Assembly: GCF_003918875.1 (NCBI RefSeq)
Contig: NW_025765137.1
Span: 186,001-250,000, forward strand
Source: Haliotis rubra
Lineage: Eukaryota
DNA: 64,000 bases
Direction of reading: 5' to 3'
A program made the position numbers and the translations under genes. Below the pieces are notes generated by a model. That model was given only the letters and a program-made list of their open reading frames with translations. It made no database searches and was not told the origin of the DNA. This document shows, piece after piece, positions 23,708 through 36,000 of the stretch (the stretch's first letter is position 1; the number at the start of each line of letters is the position of its first letter).

Positions 23708-26700
23708 CTACATATTTCCTGACTGTGTGAAATAATCTGGCTCTGGCTCAAAGACAGGACTGATGATGCTTTTTGACCCCACTGGTGTTCTTGGAGTGGG
23801 GCTCAGAACTTCTGCAACCTGGGAGATCTCTTCATTCAGAGTGATCTCCCCTGACAGTGGCCGGTTCCAAGAATCCTCATAAGGGTTCTGGATCTGCTGC
23901 TTTCTTGAACCTTTCATTTCCTGAAAATAGAAATGTGAAAATATTGCAATAATCACATAGATATTCCACAAGGTACAAATGGATAGAATAATACACAATA
24001 TACATAAAGCACATATTTTTTTCAGCCAATGAAAATATTTCACCTTCATAAGATGACCAACGAAAAAGTGGGATAGAATTGACCTTCATTAACACATGCT
24101 TGTTGTAAGAAACAACTACTGGGATTGGGTAGTGAAGCTTCTGACTTGGTTGATGCATGCCATCAGTGCCAAATTGATGAGTTAGATGTTCATCATGTCA
24201 GCCTCTGATTCAAGACATAAAACAACAAAAACGCTTGCCATCGAGCTGAGAGAAACATGGAATAAAAACAGTGTAAATACTGTAGAATTATCATCTACAA
24301 AGGCACTAATATTTAACAAATAAGTGTGGTTTCCTAGGAATTGTCTCCAAATTATAAATACCCTGCAGAATGTTGCCAATGGCAACACATTCCATCGCTA
24401 TATTGCACTTAGCTGAGATATGGAATTCATTTCACTGACAGCTCTGACTAATGACTTGGAAAACCTATGTAATTTCACATAAGGTTCTGTGAAGCCTACA
24501 AATAACAGATTGCTTTACAAATATTCTAAGCCAATATATAAATATAATAAATGGTGAAAGATTGATTGAAATGAAGGAGTTCAATTACAACTGAACACAG
24601 GAATGTTACTACATATGTGTGTCTGTGTCTGTTTGTATGTGTATGTATATATGTATATTTCATAATTCAGGACCCGTGAAGATCCAGTCTTCAACAACAC
24701 ATGCTTGTCCTAAGAGGCGACTAGCGGGATCGGGTGGTCAGACTTGCTGACTTGTCACCGTATCCCAACTGCACAGATCGATGCTCATGCTGTTGATCAC
24801 TGTATTGTCTGGTCCAGACTCCATTATTTACAAACTGCCGCCATATAGCTGGATTATTGTTGAGTGCGGCATTAAACAACCAACCAATCATAATTCAGGA
24901 ACTGTGTTGCTTTTAAGGCTAGCTGTTTTTAAGTGAACAAAAACATCTGGAAATGTAATGTAACTGAAACTGAACTACACACAGGAAAATGTTTGAATCA
25001 CACATGACTGGTATGGAAAATCTCCGAAACATTACACTTTCAGAACAAAATGAAATCATAAGATAGAAACTATGTCGATATCTCTATTGTACGAGGACCC
25101 GTGAAGATCCGGGGTAGAATAAGTCTTCAGCAACCCATGCTTGCCACAAAAGGCGACTATGCTTGTTGTAAGAGGCGACTAATGGGATCGGGTGGTCAGG
25201 CTCGCTGACTTGGTTGCCACATGTCATCGGTTCCCAATTGCGTAGATTGATGCCCATGCTGTTGATCACTGGATTGTCTGGTCCAGACTTGATTATTTAC
25301 AGACCGCCACCATATAGCTGGAATATTGCTGAGTGCGGCGTTAAACTAAACTCACTCACTCACTATTGTACGAGACAGGTTGATTGCAACATTACTTTGT
25401 GAAAATACATATATCTATGTCCTGATCCAGAAAACGTTCATAGCATTACGACTGATTGTAATTCTATACTTTATCTTGGGATTACGGATGAAGTAGTGCT
25501 ACAAATTCTTTGATGATGGGGTCCGTGGCTATCGAGTTAGACTCAATAAGATTCATCAGATATTTAGTCTGGTACATCACAAAAACAGGACAAGTCTATC
25601 TGATTCATTACTAATCACTGACCGATGGGACAGAACGAATTCTTCTCTGATCAGGAGTGGTGGTACCACAGGTGGGGTCAGGGCGTCCACCATAGATTAC
25701 CCATGATGCACCTGAATCCTGGGAATGTCGCCGGAATGGTTCATCCTGTACAGTAAAACAAGTCTTCTTGAAATAATAATAATGTGAAATATTTTCAAAA
25801 TGAAAATATTTAAAGAAGAAACTGTCAAATCATTCATTTAATTTTTTTTAATTTCACAAAACAAAATTTATAAATTTTAATATTAGTTTATATAACATGT
25901 TATACTGAAATGATCAAATAGGGCCTGGGGTTACTTGTTTCTCATTAAACCCATAAGAAGAAAAAAACCACACACACAATTTTCTGCAAAACTTACACTA
26001 TGAAGTAAAGCCAGAATTCAACCAAACATAAATGCATGTAAAAACTCACCAAGGAAAGCTCATCTCCATCAGAATCCTGCAACCAATAGCATGTATGTTA
26101 TTAATCTCTTCACAGACATTGCATTTCTATCAAGCTTTAGTATTGAATGGCAGTTAATGTCTCTAATTAAAGCGTGTGTCAGTATCACACAGAGATGTAT
26201 TGCTGGCATACTACGATTTGAAATATTAATCAATACACTTTACACATTGCCCAACTTTACACCAGTTATGAGTCATACTGGATCGGAATTATCAAATTCA
26301 GAAACTAGCTCTGTCAATAATCTGTACAATGAGAGTCACCCTTTCCCTGGAGGTGATCCTCAATCTTGTAACAGGGGCTGATGACAATCAAATCATTGAC
26401 ATTATTTAGATTTTTTTTTTTAATTGGTAAAAAAAATATTAAAAAATATCAGAAATTAGCAGCTGATACCACTGATCGATTAAGCTGTCAGCTTATATGT
26501 ATCACGTTCTGACCACAGCAAAAACAAGCAAAATGGCAACAATGACAAAGTTGTAAAAAATGTGGGGATGAATTAAAATGGGTCCATTTCAGGCTTAAAA
26601 ACATGATCAGAAAATTGCTGATGTCATCACTGTTCATACACTGTGACTCTCCTGTGAAATATACAGCAGGAACCAAACATTTAAATGTGGCAGGTTTTAT

Positions 26701-27057
26701 AAATTACAGATGAACAACAATGCACATGCAGTGGCCATAAAATTTCCGAATAGGGATTCAAACGACAGATCTGATTCGAAGTTGGACGCCTTGTCCACAT
26801 GACCAAAGACGTTAACCCTGTCAGCATAAGAATATCTTTTATGGGATGACCCCACGCCCTGCTCAACACATAATATATTGTGGTACACATTGTAATAAAA
26901 TACTTATCCATTGACCAAAATGGTCACTCAGAATAAACATCTTTACTGCATTACCTGGTAAGCCTGGTTTACAAAAGCAGTGTCCTTTCCTTCACTACTA
27001 GTCTGGCTACCGGCCCGGCACCTCAGTTTCTTGAAACATGTGGACCACTTCAGACGG
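23708..27057 (-). CDS. Giant protein, exons 42-45: cytoplasmic tail including a 27-nt microexon at 26050-26076
   Basis: RLKWSTCFKKLRC...FVNQAYQ | DSDGDELSL | DEPFRRHSQDSG...VPS | EMKGS...NPYEDS...PEPDYFTQSGNM*; phases match. Confidence 0.7.
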
Positions 27058-30000
27058 CTGAAAGGTGAGAGAGTGAGTTTTTAGCAACCTACCTGCAAAA
27101 TCACTGCAGCGGACATGAGAAATGGGCTTCACACATTGCACCCAAGTGGGGAATTGACCCTGGGTCTTTGGCGTGACAAGCGAACACTTTAACCACAAGG
27201 GTACCCCACCACCAAGGTGAGTAAGAAGCTGAGTATATTATTTTACTTATATCATAATGAATGAGATTTGAAACCAAAATCATATGTTCCTGGCATGCCT
27301 AAGGTATTGGGGGAAAAAAAAGAGAGACAGGTGCACCCACATTCTTTGGTATAGAGTGTTGCTTCTAACATTGATCACTGGATTGCCTAGTCTATTCATG
27401 ATTTTTATAGGCATCATCAAGCATGAAAACAAGCAAGTAAAACATTTCGTGGGATTGACAACTCAACTTACCCACGTTTGACCATAAAGATGTACCATGC
27501 CAGTACTGATATTATGACAAGCAGGATCACTGCCAGAACTATCAGCCCGATCATCCACGACTCAAAGCCATCACAGTTCGGCTTGTTTTCTGGACATGCA
27601 CAGTAGTATCTGTTGACATCGTTATAGCAGGTATATGGCCAACTGCAAGGGCTGCTGAAGCACTCGTCCACATCCTGCTCGCATCGACTCCCCGTCCAGC
27701 CCGGTGCGCATGCACAGGTGTAGTAGCGGTCAAAACTTTCAGCCCTTCGCTGGTCGTTGCATGTGTACAGACTCTCGTTTCTGCCTGCAGTCAGATAACA
27801 GTTAATGTTTTTATATTTTAACAGACCTGTGATCTGGGTTATAAGATCTTCATCATTCTGAACTTACATTAGCATGTTCCTCATTCGGAACTTACATAAG
27901 CGCATTCAGTTGCTCTGAACTCACATAAACATGTTAGTCATTCTAAATTACATGAGTGTGTTCAGTCGTTCTCAACTAACATAAACATGTTAGTCATTCT
28001 AAATTACACGAGTGTGTTCAGTCGTTCTCAACTAACATGAAACCCATGAAGATCTAGGTTAGATCTTCAGTAAACCATGCTTCTTGGCAATTAACGGGTT
28101 TTGGGTGGTCAGGTTCGCTGACTTCGTAGACACATGTCATTGTATCCCAATTGCGTAGATTCATGATCATGCTGTTGATCACTGGATTGTCTGGTCCAGA
28201 CTCGATTATTTACAGACCGCTGCCATATAACTGGAATATTGCTGAGTACAGCATAAAACTAAACTCACTCACTCGCTCACTTGCTGAACAAACATGAACA
28301 TGAGGTTCTTGAGACGGGTTTACTCCCAAAAGTTAGGCGGCTGATTTTTTTTGCTGGCGCTTTGGTGCCTGACTCATTTGGTGTCATTTTACCTGATGAA
28401 GGGGCAAGGATTAGCCCAGAAACGTTGAAGAAAAAGAAGTTGACATCCATAATATTTTGTCTTAAACATGAACATGTTCAGTCGTTCTGAACTTACTTGA
28501 ACATGTTCCGTCGTTCTGGCAAGGCCTGGCCATGACAGCCAGTCTGACTGTGATGACATCGGAGTAGACTCCCGCCTTATCCTGAGTGTACATCCGGACC
28601 TCGTCGTACCCAGTGTAACCAGTGTCTGGGATGTACTGGAATGTTCTGTATATCCAGCTGACTGCAGTGGGGGAGTGAGGCAGAGACAAGTTGGAGCAAA
28701 GGATGCCAGTCTGGAAGAAAGTTGTGGCATGGAACATGGGTGGGAAAACAGGAAAAAGGTGGAATGATAGGTGAAATGGTGTTTAAACTTGTGTTCCAGA
28801 TATTTTCACTAATACAAGTGATATGCCGACATGAGTGTGTTGCTGCTTGTACTTTTCCTTCTGAGATATAACATGGCTATGCTACTGAGACACTAAATCC
28901 ATATCATATGTTGTTATGCTTCAATTACATCCCTCATTTTGAAAGAGGGAAGCTTAATATAATAAACTCAGGTTATCAAGTGTTCGACTAAATGAGCAAT
29001 GATCCAAGCTTTGGTGGATGATGTACACCTGTAGCCAAGTCACACATTGCTATCATCCAACCCTCCTTAAACTGCTGAAGTCAGCATCAGGTGCCCAGGA
29101 TCATTACCCTGGACCTACAACAGGCAGGTCAATATCCTAACCAACCCGTGAAGATCAAGGTTAGAATTGATCTTCAGTAACTCATGCTTGTCGTAAAAGG
29201 TGATTGATGGAATTGGGTTGTCAGGCTGGCTGACTTGGTTGACACGTGTCATCGTATCCCAACTGAGTAGATCGATGCTCATGCTGTTGATCACTGGACT
29301 GTCTGGTCCAAATTTGTTTATTTACAGACTGCTGCCATATAGCTGGAATATTGCTGAGTGTGGCGTAAAACTAAACTCACTCAATATCCTTACCGTTTCT
29401 GCCGAGCAGTTTGGCACCTGTGCTGACTCGTCATCATATGTGAGCGTCCCATTGCCGGGCTGGGTGAAGTACATTGTCAAATTCTCAGCAGGGTCAACGT
29501 CATAAGCACCGAACATCCACTCGTAGGTGATGGAGCTGTCGTTGACAAGGTTTTGCTCGATTAGTGTCTGCAAATACAAAGACATACATACAGGGACATG
29601 ATTCACATAAATCTCAAGGAATGTATTGTGTGAATGCCATCAACAATCCCGGCAAAATTATTTTTACCAACAATACATTGGTTCTACAATATACAGGTTT
29701 GAAAAGAATGTGTGATTTGTTTGTGGCTACCGCTGGACTCTGGACACCAGAAACGGGGTTCACACAATGTACCCATGTGGGGAATCGAACCCGGGTCTTT
29801 AGCAGACATTTTAACAATTAGGCCCCTTGTTCTGAAATGAAGATAAAAAAATGGTTGGCACAATCTCATGTATTTTGTCGTTAACCATGCCTTGCCCCAC
29901 ATCCACTCACCATGATAGGCGCAGTTGGGTCAGCCAGAATGAGGCTAACTCCTCCACTGAAGGCGAACACGCTGGGAGCATCGTTGTCTGCTGTGACCTG

Positions 30001-33000
30001 GATGGCGATGATGACAAGGGTGGAGGCGGCGGGGATGTCCACAACATCCACCTCGTAAAGGACGACCGGAACAGTAAAGGTTCCGTAGTAGTTCAAGGCC
30101 GGTGTGAAGGTCAAGCTGGAAGGAACATGAAGCTGCATCAGACATGGCGTGAGTGAGTGAGCTAGTTCTTGAGTGAGATATTATTTTTCTATCAGTTACT
30201 TTGAAAATATTTCCACGATAAATATATGATACCGTAGCAATTTTTACTCACATTACATCATCTCCTACTCACACCATCACATCCCCTACTCACACCATCA
30301 CCAGCCCCTACTCACACCATCATCAGCCCCCACTCACACCATCATCAGCCCCCACTCACACCACACCAGCCCCCACTCACACCATCATCAGCCCCCACTC
30401 ACACCATCATCATCCCCCCACTCACACCATCATCAGCCCCCCCTCACTCACACCTCACACCAGCCCCCTACTCACACCATCATCAGCCCCCTACTCACAC
30501 CATCATCAGCCCCCCACTCACACCATCACCAGCCCCCTCACTACACACCACCACCATCCCTCACTCACACCATCACCAGCCCCTACTGACACCATCACCA
30601 GCCTCCCACTCACACCACCACCAGCCCTACACTCACACCACCACCATCCCTTTTATCACTTCACACCATCACCAGCCCCAACTCACACCACCACCATCCC
30701 TCACTCACACCATCACCTACACCACACCATCACCAGCCCCCACTCACACCATCACCAGCCCTAACTTCACACTCACATCCACCACCATCCCCCCACTCAC
30801 ACCACACCAGCCCTAACTCACACCACCACTACCATCTCACTCACACTATCACCAGCCCCTAACTCACACCATCACTCAGCCCCTACTCACACCATCATCA
30901 GCCCCCACTTCTCACACCATCACTATCCTCACTCCACCTATCACTCAGCTCCCTACTCACACCATCACCAGCCCTAAATCACACCATCATCAGCCCTCAC
31001 TCACACCCACCACTTATCCCTACTCAGCACTCACACCATCACTAGCTCTACCACACCATCACCACTCCTTCACACTATCATCAGCCCCACACTCACACCA
31101 TCACCAGTCCCTCTATCACACCATCACCATCCCTTCACACCATCACACCATCATCAGCCCCCACTCACACCATCACCAGCCCCTCATTCACACCATCACC
31201 AGCCCCCACTCACACCATCATCAGCCCCCCACTACACACCATCACAGTCCCCACTCACACCATCACCAGCTCACTCACACCATCACCAGCCTCTACTCAC
31301 ATCCCCTTCCACACCAGCTCACCACTCCACCCCACTCTCACACCATCACCAGCCCCCACTCACACCATCACCAGCCCCCACTCACACCACACCAGCCTTA
31401 CTCACTCACACCATCACTCCTCACACTCACACTCACCACCAGCCCTAACTCACTCACATCACCTACTCACACCATCACCAGCCTTAACTAACACACACAC
31501 CATCACCAGCCCCTACTGACACCACACTAGCTCTCATCCTTACCACACACAATCACCAGCCCCTACTCACACCACACCAGCTCCAACTAAAGCACACACC
31601 ACCATCCCTTACTGTACCTCTCTACACACCAGCTCCTAACACTCACACCACACCAGCCCCTACTAACACCACCACCACACCAGCCCTATCCTTTTTACTT
31701 CACACCACACCAGCCCCTACTCACACCACAACCATCCCTACTCACACCATCACCACCAGCCCCTACTACACACCACAACCATCCCAACTCCACACCACCC
31801 TACTACACAGCCCCTACTCACACCACCACAAGCCCCAACTCACACTCACACTCAGCCCTTACTAACACCACCACTATCCCTTACTCACACCACACCAGCC
31901 CCTACTTCACACCACACACCCTTTCTCTCACACCACACCAGCCCTAGTCACACCACACACACCCCCTAACTCACACCACCACCAGCCCCTACTAACACTA
32001 CATACCAGCTCCAACTACTACACCATCACACCAGCCCCTACTCACACCCACACCAGCCCTACTCACACCACACACACCACAACCATCCCTTACTACACAC
32101 ACCACACCAGCCCCCTACTTTCACACCACACACCAGCCCCAACTCACACCACACACACCATCCCTACTTCACACCACCACTCACTCTTACTTTACCTACT
32201 CACACCACACCAGCCCCTACTAACACCACACAACCATCCCTTACTCACACCACACACCAGCCCCTACTACACCACACCAGCCCTACTACACCACACCACC
32301 CCTACTACACACACTACACTATCCCCTACTCACACCACACCAGCCCCTACTCACACCACACCAGCCCCTACTCACACCACACCAGCCCCTACTACCACAC
32401 CATCCCCTACTAACACCATCACCAGCCCCTACTCACACCACACACCAGCCCCTACTCACACCACACAGCCCCACTCACACCCAGTGCCCCTACTCACACA
32501 ATCACCAGCCCCTACTCACACCACCACCATCCCTTACTCACACCATACCAGCTCCAACTCACACCACACCAGCCCCAACTCACACCACACCCAGCCCCAA
32601 CTCACACCACACCAGCCCCTACTGACACAATCACCAGCCCCTACTCACCACCCTCACACACCATCACACCACACCTCACCATCCCTTACTCACACCATAC
32701 CAGCTCCAACTCACCACCACACATCCCCTACTCACACCACACCACCAGCCCCAACTAACTCACCACACCATCACCAGCCCCTACTCACACCACTCACCAG
32801 CCCTACTGACACCTCACCACCAGCTCCCAACTAACACCACCACACCAGCCCCTTACTGGACACTACACACCACCAGCCCCCCTACTAATACCATCACCCC
32901 CATCACTCAGCCCCTACTCACACCACACCAGCCCCTACTAACACCACACACCATCCCTTACTCACATCACACCAGCCCCTACTCACACCACACCAGCCCC

Positions 33001-36000
33001 TACTACACACCAACTCACACTCACACCAGCTCCTACTCACACCACACCAGCCCCTACTAACACCATCACCAGCACCATCACCCTTGCACTCACACCCATC
33101 ACCAGCCCCTACTAACACCATCACCATCCCTTACTCACACCACACCAGCCCCTACTAACACCATCACCAGCCCCTACTAACACCATCACCAGCCCCAACT
33201 CACACCACACCAGCCCCTACTCACACCACACCAGCCCCAACTCACACCACACCAGCCCCTACTCACACCACACCAGCTCCTACTCACACCACCACCAGCC
33301 CCTACTCACACCACCACCAGCCCCTACTCACACCATCACCAGCCCCAACTCACACCACACCAGCCCCTACTCACACCACACCAGCCCCAACTCACACCAC
33401 ACCAGCCCCAACTCACACCACACCAGCCCCTACTCACACCACACCAGCTCCTACTCACACCACCACCAGCCCCTACTCACACCACCACCAGCCCCTACTC
33501 ACAGGCCATTTGGTGTCAGCGTCAGGTCCCTTGTACTTGCTACATCAGATGATGGGTCGATTCTAAACTTGACTATGTCCCCATCAGGATCAACGCCAGA
33601 CAGCTGGTAAATCAGGGTGCCTTGAAAAGAAGGCAAAACTCATCAATATAATCCAATTATATACATATTTGTTGACAACCAATTAGGCTAACTTTACACA
33701 ACAAGGTATGCATCACTGAGTCCATCCTCCAAGTGTGAAATTATTACTCCAGACAGTGATCAGTCTACCTTCAAACTTTATTCTCAACAGCCTAAGAAGT
33801 TTACATCCCAACTTGCCTTTCAAGGTACGAGAACGTTAACAATCACATTACCACATCCTACTTGGTACCCCTTCATTGCTAGTTGAACAGAGGGATTCAT
33901 GTTTGCCCCTGTTTTTTACATCAGTGCAGATGAATGCTTATATTTGAACAGTATCTGTGTTCTACAGGTGTTATACATTTTTAATATAAATAAAATGTTT
34001 TTAGCAATATTAACCCCCCCAAAATCAGGCATATTGATATTCTAACAATGCTGACAATACAAATTTCTTCTCAAATGTTCATTTTCATTTTGTCATGAAA
34101 ATCAATGAAGTCAACAGATCAATATTGATTCAATAACTGACAGGTTAATTTTACAGTGTGGCAGCAAAGAACTCCATAAACAGTGTAAATGTAACTTACT
34201 GATCGAGATGTGCATAAGGAAATAAAGAGCCTACCAGAATCTTCCTCCATTGAGACAGAGGTTGTGGATGTCAACTGTGGTGGATCATTAGGTATGGATG
34301 CACGGACATTGGTCACTACAAAGAGTGTTTCATGACTGAAGAAAGTGTCACTTGGGGTACCGCTTGTTGATTCAGTCGCCCTGGTATTGCAAACCTGAAA
34401 AAAGTAAACAAATAGTGAAACCGGCACTGAAGTTCACCTGGGTGTGGGGCGGTGGGGTAGCCTAGTGGTTAAAGCATTTGCTTGTCATGCCGAAGACCCG
34501 GGTTCCATTCCCTACATGGGTACAATGTGTGAAGTCTATTTCTGGTATCCCCCGCCGTGAGATTACTAGAATGTTGATAAATTCCGCGTTAAACAAAATC
34601 GCTCACTCACTCTTCTGGGTGTGTAACCAACAATTAAAATATCAGTAAAGACATAAACTTGAAAATGTTATTCAAAAACCCTACTGCAACAAATGACATG
34701 TGTCAACCAAGTCAGTGAACCTGTCCACCCGATCCTGTTAGTTGCCTCTTACGACAAGCATGGGTTGCTGAAAGCCAATTCTAACCCGGATCTGTACAGG
34801 TACAACAACAGTTACCTGGGTAGGGTTGGGTGACAGGTGCTTGGGAACCTGGGTAGCAGATATGGACTCATCCTAGCCCCAGAACACAGCACGCAATTGC
34901 GTTCAGTAACATGTGAGATCAGAACAATCGCTTAATCAGCAAGTAATGATTTACCTTGACTGTTATCTGGTTGGTGGTCGAACTGCGGACTTCAGTGTTC
35001 AACTCGAACCTGCATGTGGCGTTGCTTTGAAACCATTTCTGCTTGGCTAAAATGAAAACAAGGTAACATTATTGCAGAACACTTATTCAGAAATAATGAA
35101 AAACCAGCAGCTTCAGTCACACAGATTTAATAAGGATGTGAATGGGTGTTTAAAATATATCACTGCATGTTAACAGCAATCTGGGGGGACAATGTAATTT
35201 ACTCATATTGTCATAGCATCCATCACAAAAGCCTAGTGGTTAAAGCATTTGCTTGTCACACCGAAGGCCTGTCTTGATTCTCCACATGGGTACAATGTGT
35301 GAAACTTATTTCTGGTGTTCCCCGCTGTGATATTGCTAAAAGCAGAGTAAAACTAACTCAGTCAATCAATTTAACAAAACAACCACAAAAAGCGAATCAG
35401 GATTATTAGAGTTCATTATTTTGAACCTGCCCTTGAGATGCTTTTTATTAACATGTTAGAGTTTTGGAATAGAGAACAAACAACAAACCTGGATCCCAGT
35501 GCAACAACATGGCGACATCATCCTGGTTGTCTGGGTTGAAGGGGAAGGTCACAGTGAGCGGACCAGGCATTGCAAGACCACCAACACTGGTGACAGAGAA
35601 GGAGATGTCGGTGTCACTGTAGTTGACTCTTCGTCTGAGAATCCGGTCCAGGAAGGCAGGGTCAGGCATCGATGTGGCAGGGTTGGTGATGTATGGAACG
35701 AACTCTGTCGATGCATCAGACTTGTATTCCTTTTCCAGATCCTGCTTTGTCAGCTGGGTTAAAACAATACTCTGTCCAGGCATCATCCCTGAAAACAAGC
35801 AAATGACATTTACTCAGACAGTGCTTGGGACAACTGGTAACCTGGCTAGTCTGATCATTTTTGCATATAAATCAAACAGTTAATGTTATCTTACTCATGG
35901 AAATCATAAAAACATGGGCAGTGGGGTACCCTTCTTGTTAAAGCGTTTGCTTGTCACGTCAAAGACCCGGGTTTGATTCCCCATATATGTACAATGTTTG

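Noticed and set aside
25096-25220. Canonical HDV or twister ribozyme in family B
   Set aside because: No short P3/L3 loop with P1.1 pairing and no twister pseudoknot covariation could be fitted; kept only as an unclassified structured RNA.
29066-29114. Possible poison or secreted-isoform exon (VQGNDPGHLMLTSAV*)
   Set aside because: Only an AG and a short open frame support it; exons 39 and 40 join cleanly.
32484-33127. His/Thr/Pro-rich mucin-like ORFs
   Set aside because: They are translations of the intronic satellite; flanking exons 37 and 38 join in phase without them.
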